A stretch of 64,000 nucleotides of DNA from Monocercomonoides exilis PA203. Lineage: Eukaryota; Protista; Preaxostyla. Positions 47,701-58,010 of this stretch are shown in pieces (the stretch's first letter is position 1; each line of letters begins with the position of its first letter). Where the stretch lies: positions 558,001-622,000 of the forward strand of contig LSRY02000052.1 of NCBI GenBank assembly GCA_001643675.2, read 5' to 3'. A program made the position numbers and the translations under genes. The notes under the pieces were generated by a model. That model was given only the letters and a program-made list of their open reading frames with translations. It ran no database searches and was not told the DNA's origin.

Positions 47701-50700
47701 ATCTGAACAGTCAAGCATGACTGCAATTCCCGCAGAATCTCCAAAAGAACAATATTCTTTGGCAGCCCAGAGTTATCCGTCGGTCTCCTCAACTTCTGTA
47801 CCTGCTGTTCCATCCTCATACACTTCATCTGAGCATCCAATTACCTTAGAACTGAATAAGAATTCTTTAGCACAGCAAACATCTTATCTGCCTTCTTCGA
47901 CACAACCCACAACAGACAATTCAGTTCCAGATGGATGTTTCCCTGCGTCTCGCTCCAATGACGAAAGAAACGAGATCGTTCATAATCACTCATTAAATCA
48001 TCATCCTCATAATTACCAGCATTTGCCTGCTTATGCTACATATCCAGCCAACTCGGTGGAACAAACATCACCAAAAACGCAAATGAACCTTCAACTTCAT
48101 TCGCAACACATTCAATCTGTTCCGACCTCTGATTCTTTATCTGCATCTTCTTCATCTTTCACTCGCCCCAATATGTATTCCTCTGATACAATTGCTGCTT
48201 CAACACAGCTTGACTCTCAGCTTCTCACAGTCACAGCTGCACCTTCCCATCCAGCTAACATTCCAACAGCCATTCCGCCTCTTTCTTCGCCTGAAGCGCT
48301 TTTTGTTCTTCCAACAACATCCTCTCACAGCATCGAACCTTTCCTCATTCGCGAACCATCATCTACTTCGTCTTCCCTCCCAGCTGCTGATCAGCCGCAT
48401 TCTGTGTCTTCAGCACTTCCACACTTCCCTTCATACACACAAATTTCCGATGAACCCCCTCCAAAACAAAGCTTAGCACATCAGAAAGATTCGAACATTC
48501 ATCAGATAGAGAGCAATTCAGATGGTTTAACACAAGCAGCTCAACCTGAGTCTCCAAAGAAGCTTAATTCTACTGATCATACACCAAATAGAAAGCGCAG
48601 AACATCCAAAAGATCCTCCAGCAGACATCATCGACATGCTCACTCAACGACACGAGACCCAAAAGAAAAGGAGCAAATGCCTCGTGTTCTTTCGCAACCT
48701 TCTTCTCCAACGAAGCAAGCTGTTCCAGAGACTTTCAATCATCAAGAATCGCATCAAAGGAGTGATCGAGAAACAGAAATTGAAAGAACCACAAAAAAAC
48801 AGACTTCTTCTTCTCCTTCAAAGAATAAACTTCGATCAAAATCGCCTGAAATTTCAGCATCATTTTTACCATCTTTACAAAAAAAAGAGACGATCGTCGA
48901 TTCTTCTTTGGCAGGCAATCCAGCGACTTCAAGCACCTTGAGGCATCAATCAAATCCAGACCACATACGAATCTTGAATGCAGTTATCCCGATGATGGGA
49001 GACCTCGCTGTCAATTCACCTGCTGACCCTTCTCTCGATATGTCAACGCAAAGTGCAGCTTCCACCAATTCTGGTTTGTCTCCTCACTCGCTCGCATCTT
49101 CGCTCGCCTCTCTTTCCCCGTTCATAGGATCGCTTCCCGAGACCACTGCCTTCACACAGCATGTATTCCTACAGCTTCTGAATGCTCTATTTGCAGAAGA
49201 TATTCCACCTGCAACACAAATCGGTAATGTTGATGCGATGTGCGGAATCCATGTGATGGAAGAGTTGGAGACTCTGTGCATCGAGAAGAGGAGAAGAGGA
49301 GAAGAGAAACTTGAAAAGAAGGAAGAAGACGAAAGGACGGTGAGCCAAAAAGATATACACAAAATGGAACCCACATGTTTTGGAGCTCGACTGATGAATG
49401 TATTACTTGATATTTCTGAGGTCAATGCAATTAGCAAACCATGGGCGCATCCTCTTTCAGGATCAAGGCCAACTGATAATATTCATCTTCCACACGAAAC
49501 TCGTTCACAAAAATCTCATTCAAATGTTGTCTCTCCATTTTCTTCTCCCAAAAGACAGAGGAGATTAAATGCATCATCTGCATCACCCCCACAACGTCTC
49601 CGTCAGGTGAATTCAACAGATGAAGAACCAAAAATGATAGCATCGCTGAGACGGTCTGTCGCATCGTCAAAGACATCGTTCATTAACCAAGGTCAAGCTT
49701 CAGCAGAAGCATCGGCCACTTCTTCGTCTTTTGATGATTTTGGTGAAGAAGAAAAGCACCGCTGGTGTCTCACTCTGCTTTCATCGCTCTTGCTGCTATG
49801 GCTAATACCAATGCTACACAAGAATAGACGATCAGATGCTTGGACAGAGCTGAAAGCGTCAGAAACTGACAGCATTTCTTCATCTTTCACACCTTTCACT
49901 GAGCGATCGATCTCTTCGGATGCAAGCTCTGCCTCTGAGCAAAAGACGGAGAAAGATGACTGCAACGAATTATTGTGTATTTGCTTAGAAAGGATTAACA
50001 ATTGCATTCAGTACGCGCCTTCTGGGCTTGTTATTCCTGAATTTTTCCACAATCACGGTATCGCTTTCATTTCACCTCTTCTTCTTCACTCTCGAAAGCC
50101 AACAAGCACATCAACATCTTTTCATTCCACTTCATTCATTTCATCTCTCCGAATTGTCAGAAAGGCTTCTTTGATCCTTCTCTCACTGGCACGTTTTACG
50201 CAACCTTCTTTGACTCTTCCTCCACCGCTTCTTCCTTCAGCATCGTTTGCATCGTCATCGTCTTCCTCTCATTCTTCTTCGTATTTTCTTGCTACCTGTT
50301 CATCTGCCTGGCTCCAAACTCTTCTTTATCGTTGCCTCCACCGTTGCTTACGATATAACTTTTCTGTTGAGTCAGAAGTAGCACCTTCTCAGGAACATGA
50401 GAACATTGGATCTCAATCCAAATTAATGCTTTCTAATGGTTACGGCGAAGCTTCATTTGATGAATCAGCTAGCCAGTTGAATGATGACATCATTAAGTCG
50501 CTGTGCATCATCATTGAAAGAACGACAAAGTCTCATGAAATTGTGCGTACTCTCCCGACTAGAAGCAGATTGTTGCGGCTTTTGTCAGAATATCTCAGGG
50601 TAATTGAACACAATACAAGAAATACACAAAATTGCAGTGAATCTCTTTCCAGAGAGCAGACTCTGCTTCTTGCTAATCTAAGGTCCATCATTCGTAATCT

Positions 50701-50716
50701 CACTCTTTTAGATTAA
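44732..50716 (+). CDS. ~1990-aa acidic/coiled-coil protein with CCDC138-like C-terminal helical domain
   Basis: Single long ORF; D/E tract, long coiled coil; C-terminal FLATCSSAWLQTLL, IIKSLCIIIERTTK, EQTLLLANLRSIIRNL recall the CCDC138 C-terminus. Confidence 0.6.
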   Translation: MSSNARLTHSTPVGPNSSFNISPPKDPASLDADYHNEPTFSPQVLNGLHRSQNQTPTSRASFPGGMTTPATPSSFWGGSLEDFEVSRVSLSSVKTPETSNARVITMSPVSTYSTNYPFDGSSLTTGIQKDITHPSKQPLPPTSILPPKLPPIDFERDEIYFPKEELSHFPSPLKEADDHNYDILGESPANTIYSSPSQTKNKSNEHSKILQPSRDVSSPEKSVRDKDDKINDNSHEPKSTSFSDAHVKPSDTNGFEMAYIGERKNEGQNVLHQKNPEMLMSHEDIASIKSKASYSNSEKDVSAFEDGGKIRKKAKKHSKKNENEKSLGLKNERKHCENKKPVEGKEEEENSDENISELKNNHLNKVKIGAKIKHRKNISQYKDKSEEDEAEPEEEEKDEEEKTEKEDNNEGDEDYTDDYIDDDDDDDEKEDDANEEEEEEEEEDEDNDDEEDEDDEMEEEETNKSEYGSQHDSSENKEDEADETEEEEDDDDQSATEETNGKSEVEDSKDETDEESDADTFTNDDNDDNENREYESSDEKAESIKSKNAKRKRKNNRENESFLEKSVRLRRNGKKKEAVMELFLAEVDELRETLRRKEEALDKREKMLKTQEIKQKNAKEKAERREKDNEPNILKSKLEDENEPEKEEKRKTTKAENELDEITQQVIEDTIKSAEAEWREERQLLNDSFEEELRKKNEELQKVKSQLKKEKANGERMKQWVDTLKKEKKAAVQEKEELNEKLQAMQKRSGVLERTVNVMKKEKKEKEEEVKKNEEERIREKESIRREMERMKATLRDKTKEDNLLRQEQQQDIEAKAKEIKELRKRMQEQTEQIANLQQKLSTTQHQKDELLRFLMKKEEQEKKEKQEAIMRIATEENEQRNEQKKVLERNEMEKDGSDSSSSAAVPQSEVEKSTQCTQTDFPENVQPEKKRKVTFQQNSSQPQFESNAIEASTAGTTSDAELSVPCSPPFSSFASSPTCKQPHFQLQQSSEQSSMTAIPAESPKEQYSLAAQSYPSVSSTSVPAVPSSYTSSEHPITLELNKNSLAQQTSYLPSSTQPTTDNSVPDGCFPASRSNDERNEIVHNHSLNHHPHNYQHLPAYATYPANSVEQTSPKTQMNLQLHSQHIQSVPTSDSLSASSSSFTRPNMYSSDTIAASTQLDSQLLTVTAAPSHPANIPTAIPPLSSPEALFVLPTTSSHSIEPFLIREPSSTSSSLPAADQPHSVSSALPHFPSYTQISDEPPPKQSLAHQKDSNIHQIESNSDGLTQAAQPESPKKLNSTDHTPNRKRRTSKRSSSRHHRHAHSTTRDPKEKEQMPRVLSQPSSPTKQAVPETFNHQESHQRSDRETEIERTTKKQTSSSPSKNKLRSKSPEISASFLPSLQKKETIVDSSLAGNPATSSTLRHQSNPDHIRILNAVIPMMGDLAVNSPADPSLDMSTQSAASTNSGLSPHSLASSLASLSPFIGSLPETTAFTQHVFLQLLNALFAEDIPPATQIGNVDAMCGIHVMEELETLCIEKRRRGEEKLEKKEEDERTVSQKDIHKMEPTCFGARLMNVLLDISEVNAISKPWAHPLSGSRPTDNIHLPHETRSQKSHSNVVSPFSSPKRQRRLNASSASPPQRLRQVNSTDEEPKMIASLRRSVASSKTSFINQGQASAEASATSSSFDDFGEEEKHRWCLTLLSSLLLLWLIPMLHKNRRSDAWTELKASETDSISSSFTPFTERSISSDASSASEQKTEKDDCNELLCICLERINNCIQYAPSGLVIPEFFHNHGIAFISPLLLHSRKPTSTSTSFHSTSFISSLRIVRKASLILLSLARFTQPSLTLPPPLLPSASFASSSSSSHSSSYFLATCSSAWLQTLLYRCLHRCLRYNFSVESEVAPSQEHENIGSQSKLMLSNGYGEASFDESASQLNDDIIKSLCIIIERTTKSHEIVRTLPTRSRLLRLLSEYLRVIEHNTRNTQNCSESLSREQTLLLANLRSIIRNLTLLD

Positions 50717-50823
50717 TAATGCTTCAAACAAAATTGCCCAAACTTTTCAAATAACTGAGAAGAGTTTTTTTTACTTCAATAATAATACATAAAAAGATGA
50801 AATGGAATTCATATTTGAATTTT

Positions 50824-51417
50824 TTATGGAAAAAAATCCATGAAATGTTTAAATGTGATCCTAGAATTGAAGTGTTCAAGTGGATTTGTGAGATGTTTTC
50901 TCAAAGAATATAGCACAAAATACAAATGCAAAGAATATATAAAGCAGCATACATGTTGCTTTGGAAGACTATGCTTTATTATTCGAGATGCAGCAGCAGT
51001 GTCCAGATTTGAATGAGACAACTGAGGAAACACTTTATAAATGATATGTTTTAATATTGCATTCAACAATAATTCAATAATATTTGTTTCAGACCTCTTT
51101 GAGAGTGGGGATCCTGCCTCTGCAAGCGAATGAAAGCTCTTTGTACATCTTTTTGCCGCGGATCAAGTATCGTTGCTTCAAGTTCACGTCCATCCAAATG
51201 CAATAGCACTTTTAAATATATACTTATATATATAAATTGATTGATGATGCAAACTGTCTGTAAGCGACAAAATTGTCTCTGCCTTCAAAAGATTCAAGTG
51301 AGCTTGATCAAGAGATGAAGCCGATTGAATTAGTGCATCATCTTGTAGAAACGAGCTTGTTTTTTCAAGTTCAGAAAGATATTTTGTTGCATCAGAAAAA
51401 GAAAACGAACTTGACAT
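50824..51417 (-). CDS. C1D/Rrp47 (Sas10/Utp3/C1D) exosome cofactor-like protein, multi-exon; 3' end uncertain
   Basis: Spliced LDQAHLNLLKAETILSLTDMLLHLDG...; LDTAAASRIIKHSL matches the C1D LD..AA.R.I...L motif. Confidence 0.6.
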
Positions 51418-51580
51418 TCATAAATTTTTTATAATTTTTATTATTTTTGAAAATTTTTTTATTTCAAACAAGATGTATTTCGTTAAATAAATAACATTTT
51501 TGATTGTCTAGTTCATAATGAAATAAAAGATCAAAGAATCTATAATTATTTGATTTAGAGTGTTTTTCCAATCCTTCCAA

Positions 51581-52712
51581 ATGATGAAATTCTTTGGTTT
51601 TGCAATTTTTGTATTTTTCGTTTTTCTAAAAGCATTGTTTCGCAAATATAAAGGAAAATCCACTCCAAAAGAAACAAAATCTCTGGGGGAAATTACAGCT
51701 GGGGTTTGTTGCATTTTCGTGTTCTTATTGCAATAATCTTATCAATAAGCTATCTCAAAGGGAAAGTTATCTTGAAGCTGAAATAGAAAAAAAGAACAAA
51801 TGCATAAATGATATTAAAGTAAAAATGCAACAAACAAATTCACAACAACTGAAAGCTCAATTAAAAAATCAGGCTTTACCACTTTTGAAGCAAAGAAAAA
51901 CGTTTGATGTTAAAATGATTATAATTTTGTTCAATTAATTGTTCCGATGTATTGTATAGACTTGAATCACAACTTAATGCATTACGAGTTTGAAATATTA
52001 TTTTATAATGAAAAATTGTTGATTCACTTTGATTCAAGACTCAAAACATGACTATTTCCTCTGTGCAATACTCCACTGAAAGCGCACAAGCTGCTGCTGA
52101 AACAGTTTGTAAATGTCTTGGATTTTCATTTTTTGCACATATACTTTTTATAAATTAGATGTCTGCTCTCAAAGTTGCTCAAAAGGAAATGGAAAAGCAA
52201 TTTAAGTCATTTTCACCAGATAAAATGGAAGTTTGGCGATTTTTAATTTAATTTATTTTTTGACTAAGCATTATAAATGTGAAGAAAATGCTAGACAAAA
52301 TGTCTGGTATGCTTGAAAGAACTGAAGAAATAAATGAAATAATCGGAAGATCATACGACACAGACGTATTTGTTGATGAATCGGAATTAGATGCAGAACT
52401 TGAAATGATGGGGGATGAACTTTTAATGGATACAGGATCCGTGCCCTCTTTGCTGTCTGCTGAAATTGATGGTTCATCCAGCAATGCTGCTTCATCGCCT
52501 GAAGATGGCAGCAATGGTGGAGATGGAAGTCATAGTGGTAGCTCTGGAGGAGGAGGAGGAGGAGGAAGTGGTGACGGAGGTGCTGCATGTGGAGGTGGCC
52601 CACCTAAAGGTTTGTAGATAATAAAAATGTATTTGCTTTTATTTGATGTGCACATATTTATTTGATAGATGTAATTGATCAAGAGTTGCAAAATCTCAGC
52701 CTTCAATTGTAA
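51581..52712 (+). CDS. ESCRT-III Snf7-family protein, Vps60/CHMP5-like, eight exons
   Basis: MMKFFGK...LKNQALPLLKQRKTLESQL...EEINEIIGRSYDTDVFVDESELDAELEMMGDEL. Confidence 0.8.
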
Positions 52713-53473
52713 TTCACTTCAACTTCAAAAAAAATATATTTATCATTTTTATTTTTATTATTATTTTTTTGATTTGAGTTGTATTGATTTGATTTGATTT
52801 TTGTTTTGATTTTCTTCTTCTTTTGGTTTGGCTATTTGTTTTTAAGCTTATTGAACGAATGCTATTTTGAGGAATAAAATTGTCGATTTTTCAAAATAAC
52901 TTTTGAACATGTTTTATACAAATTTTATTGAGTAAAAATTCCAAATTTGAAAGATTATTATAATAGTAGTTAAGAAATTTTTTGAGTTCTTTTTTTTTAT
53001 ATTTTATAATTATATCTTTTTATTGCATAAAAGATTGATATGTTAAAATTTACGGCATCTTTTTATCAAAGGTTATTTTTTTTGAAATAAAAATAATTGC
53101 AAACACTTTTATTCATTTGATCCTTTACTATTCTAAAGTATTAAATTCCAAAAACAGACGAAATTTGTTTTATGAAAAGCAATGAACTTAAAAGTTATTT
53201 TCTTTTTTTCGATTCTAATTTCTGTTGGTTAGATCACAGAAGAAATACAAGAGCGGCATTCGTTTCCTCAAAAGTCAAGCCCTTGTTTCGTTATTCTTTA
53301 ATAAAAAACTGATTTTAGTTAAGCAAGGGAATAGGTGTTGGACTGCAATCTTTTCAATTTGTCGGATTATTAACGATATTTGAATAATTGCGATATTTTT
53401 TGTTTGATGGACTTTAAATAGTTAATTGGATATATCTTACAATAAATAAAATGAATTCATTAATTTATAACAG

Positions 53474-54937
53474 AACTGAAGATGAAATTCAAGAGCTGTC
53501 CCCTGTAAATAAGTTTTCAAGTTTGTTAATTTTCACAATTGTTTTAGAGGCACATATTTTTTGTACCAATTATTTTCTAAGAATTGTTCACTGAGCTGGA
53601 GTTTTGTGTTGAAATTGACCAGAAAGTTAAAATCGAAGAAATAAATGGACTTATGGAAGAGATAGGAAAAGAAGAATTTCGATATTTTTTCACAACAGAG
53701 CTGTTCAACAGAATAGACAAAATGATTGGAAAAAAGGAAAATATTAATGGAAACTGCACTTGCCTTGCTGAAGCATGTCGGGTATTTCAATATAATGAAG
53801 GGCATCCACAGTATTTTTTTTGATTATTCTTCATTGAGCAACAGATTTGAGAAGATGATTGCTGATGAAAATGAGAAGAAAGAAAGGAAAAATGAAAATC
53901 TACTGTTTGATCTTTGTGAATGTTATCTGATACTGAATGAAAACTTCGTTTCTGACGAATTGTTTACTGTTTGTTTTCGCAGCCTTCTTGTTGTTGCATC
54001 GAACAAAGAGGAAAACGAGGAAACACAAAAGGAAGTGGAAATGGCATTTCTTGCTTTGAGCTGCATTTTTGGATTTTGCGTATGAGAATTTCCGTTTAGC
54101 TTTTTGAGTTATTGTGTTTTCTTTTACTGACTTTAATTAGAAAACGCAAGAAGAACTTTTCAGGGAAAAAATCAAAGAAATTATCCACTTCCATCAGGAA
54201 CGTCACAATCTTACACGAATTACCCATCAATCGGCTTGGCAGTTTTTGATTAACCGGACTCCTTTCAAAGAAAGAAATTTGGAAGAAGTAATTGTGGATG
54301 AGCTACACTTTGCGAGAGAGGCAGCAAAAGAATTGAAAGAGCTATCGAAATCCATTGATTGGAAGAAAAAAAAGAAAAAAGTGGAAAAGATGAGAAAGAA
54401 GAGCTTTCTTTGTTGAGATGGCTTGTAACGCTTGTGAATTATTTTCTCTATTGTGGATCGAGGAACGAAGAATCTGAACTGCTTATTAACAGCATTATTC
54501 GAGTGTTCCGAGCAGCAAAGAATAATCACAGAGATATATGCAATCAATGCATTTATTCCTTGGGAAATGCAGCGATAAATAGATTTGTGAAGATTGATGC
54601 CTTACTGAAAGCCAAGGCAATTGATGTTGTTTTGGAGGAATTTCAGCAACAAACAGTGGATTACAAAATTGCGTATTACGGCTTGATGTTTTAAATGACA
54701 GTTTCAAGGCAATTGAAAGGAAAGGATAAAGACGAAAAAAGAAAGCAAAAAAAAAAAGAAAAGAAAAGAAAAAAAGAAAAGAAAAGAAAAGAAACAAAAA
54801 TGGAGTTACTTGAATAGATGGAAGAAGAAAGATACGATGATGTCATAGCATGCTTTCAAGAGATAATTAATTTTCTTCACAGTAAATTTTATAATTCTTT
54901 ATCATTGGATATTTCTGATTATTTTGTGAATGCTTGA
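53474..54937 (+). pseudogene. Frameshifted member of the same expanded family as 15825-17095
   Basis: LFTELEFC..KIEEINGLMEE, LLKHVGY, FEKMIADENEKK..LCECYL, QKEVEMAFLALSCI, terminal MEEERYDD...DISDYFVNA*; several frame breaks. Confidence 0.8.
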
Positions 54938-57626
54938 GGAAATGATAAGTTATTTGGTTTGCAACAAAATAATATGTAGATAAATATTGCTTTGTTTGCG
55001 TTTTGCGAGCAGAAGTATAAATGTTTCAAAGCCATTTTTTCAACATATCTTTGATTGAAACTTAACAACAAAAAAATATGAAAAATACAAATGGTTGTTC
55101 ATTTGTTTTTTTTTTTATTTATTCAAAAATCTTCTTTAAATGAATTGTTTCTTTCTTGAAAAAAAAATTCACCTTTTATTTGTTCTGTGAATATCTTTAA
55201 CAACGTTTTCTGCGCATTTTCATGATAAATGTATTTTTCTTTATGCTTCCTGTGCTTTCTCCAACCCCGAATAATTTTATAAAAATTGAAGAATGAAAGG
55301 GAAATGTATCGAGTGTGACTGTAATGCATGTATTTAATGAGAATAAAATGAAGAAGAATCCTGAGGATGAGAAATTGCAATTAAAATACAATTATAATAA
55401 TAATAAGCTGTAAATGCTTCTCATTTGAAAAGCATTCCCTCCAATTCCTTACGAGGTTGATTTGTGTCTCAGAAAGGAAAAAACTACGTAAGATAATGCT
55501 TTCAATCACTCATTTTCTCTGGAAAACAGCAACAGACTTTCTGTCGATCACTGCTAACTGATTTTCCGGCTTTCCGAAAGGCAGCATCCGTGATGCTTCT
55601 GTGTTATTTTGGATTTCCCCTCCTTTGATCTCCCTGCGATTGTAGAACGTATCATTAGCTTCTTTAACAAAAAAAAACTGTGTTTTCAAAAATATCTTTT
55701 CTTCTTTTTCTTATAAAACGATTTCGCCCTTCTTTCATTTATTTCCTTGTTGTTGGTCTTCCGTTTTAACTTAAACTAGGTTTGGTTGTTTTACAAAGAA
55801 CAGTCAAGTGTGCTGAAGATGAACAAACTTGGATATGCTCTTTTCTGATGAAATGCGAATTTGTTGAAAGATATATGAGTAATTGCAATTCGCAACTTTA
55901 GTTGGAGTTGAAGCGCTAACCGTAGGAAAGTTAATATGGACTGCAGGTGCTCGGAAAAAGATTAATATCAGCTTCAAAGTGATTTTCCGAGTTGATCAAA
56001 ATTTAAGTTGCAAGCCTATTTGAACGATTGAAATTGTTTTTCGTTTTTTATAGCAAATAAAGCACAATTAAGTTGTCCTGAGCAATAACATTCATGAAAA
56101 TTTCCGAGAATTTTGGTAGTAATCGGTCTGAGTATCATTATATGTCAGAAATTATAAAAACTTAAAATCTCTAAAAATAGGCATAGTTCAACATCCAGAA
56201 AATCACGTCAAAATAAGCATACATTGTTTATTCAAGAAGTGCATTTTCATTGTCCAACGTTGAAATTATTGCAACTCTCAAATACTCCAGATTAAAAGAA
56301 TTTTCACGCAGTTATGATGAAAGGTCCAGGATTTTTAGCGTTGAATAATTGTCTAATATGACCCAGATATTCCAAATGGTAATTCGAGGAGGAACAAAAG
56401 TGTCTGTTCTTCAAACAAAACGGGTTTATAATGAATGCAAAGGAAAAGTAATAATAAAATCGCTCAAACTGGTTATATGCAATGTAGTTGTAAATAACAT
56501 GCAGATGACTACTCAAATATTCAACTAATTAGCAAAACGTCATCATCTAATTAGCGGTGCTGTTGTTTTCACATAATGAAGAAATGTAGTATGTAACATG
56601 ATCATAATTTTCATCAAAATGAATTCTTGATAAAAACATTTCATTTTCACAAGAAAAACTCTTTTCAAAAAGTGGAAGATGACATTGTATGGATTTTTGA
56701 CCATTTATGATTTGCTGAATAGAAAATTCTCATTTTAATTTGAACTTGAAATATGTTCAATTATTTTAGCCTGGCTATTGTAAAGATAAATGAGAGTATT
56801 GGTAAAGGGGTCATGCCTGAGAAGGACGGATTAGACGAATCCGAGTTATCAGAGGGCTGTGCGTCTCAGAGTGTTTTGTTTGCACGATTTACTGAGGCTT
56901 AACTCTGAATATTGTCCAATTAAAAAATTTTGACTAAGTAGGAAACGAAAAAAAAGTCCGTCTAAATTATTAACCCCACAAGTTAATGTTTTAAAATTCA
57001 TAGATATTCTCTTAAACCTTTTGAAGGGTTTTTAACGTATGAATGATTGAATATAAAAACATTGAAAAAAACTTTAACGACGGATGATTGGAAAGCCTTA
57101 ATAATACCATGGATGAAGTACTACCCCCCAAATTAATTTTGGGAAAGGAAAAAATAAATGGGAATTTGAGGGAATCCAATGTGGGAAAAAGTCATAAAGG
57201 ATGAAACTTTTTTGAATCAAAAATAAATAATTTCAAAAAATAAGTTTCTATTCTTCTTTTAAAGGAGTTGAAAGAAACATTTTCAAAAAGATGATGATAT
57301 TAATCAAACAGATTAAGTCAAAACTTTTTTAAAGTTAATTTTTGAGTCAAAAAAATTGACACAAGTCAAATGAAAAATTGGGTCAAAATTGACCAAAAGT
57401 TAAAAATGTTTCTGACTGCAACAAATGAGAAGAAAGAAACATTTTCAAAGATGATGAAAGCATGTGCTAATCAAGTTCGATATGGTTGCACATTGTTAAA
57501 GTCATCATTTCTTTGAAGTATTTTTGACTCAAAAAAAGACACTTTCAAAAAAAGTTTCTAACTCCAAAAATAGAAAAAAAAGGGGAAAAATTAAGGAATA
57601 AGTAAGAAACAGGCACGTGGGGTGGG

Positions 57627-57698
57627 GGCCGCGCGACAAACGCGGCAAAAGGGCGGGGAGCGTAAGCGACCGAACTTTTGCCGTGTGGCGCGTCGGCC
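57627..57698 (+). other. GC-rich imperfect hairpin capped by GA-GC-GTAA-GC-GA
   Basis: GGCC..ACGCGGCAAAAG..CGG GGA GC GTAA GC GA CCG..CTTTTGCCGTGT..GGCC in otherwise AT-rich DNA. Confidence 0.7.
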
Positions 57699-57894
57699 AT
57701 TGGGTGGGACTCTTTCCAATCAGAAAAGGCCTTTATTTTCTTTGATTTGACACCACCAAATTGTTCCTCTTGCTATGTTCAAATATGAAGGTTTTCAAAT
57801 TTTTGTTGAAAATTTTTGCCCCTCCCCCCTCGAAATCCTAAAAGTTTATCTTTTATTCTTTTTTTATAAACTTTATGTGATTTTCTTCTTTTTT

Positions 57895-58010
57895 TCGCGA
57901 GATGGATGAATATCTGCGCGCAGGAATGATGTGCGCAGATTTCATCCAGCGAGCGCTACCGGAGCAGTAGCGCGAGTGATGTGACCCTGACCTCGCGGTT
58001 AGCGAGAAAA
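57895..58010 (+). other. GC-rich multi-hairpin structure (possible ncRNA or ssDNA signal)
   Basis: Stems TGGATGAA-T-ATCTGCGCGCA / TGTGCGCAGAT-TTCATCCA, GCGCTAC/GTAGCGC, CTCGC/GCGAG. Confidence 0.7.

Noticed and set aside
35665-50007. Many antisense and alternate-frame ORFs (poly-E, poly-L, F/S-rich) over the two giant genes
   Set aside because: Shadows of low-complexity codon runs in the real ORFs.
54745-54795. (AAAAG)n run
   Set aside because: Simple slippage inside a pseudogene.
55300-56520. Possible minus-strand gene remnant
   Set aside because: Only short broken frames; cannot assign a product.
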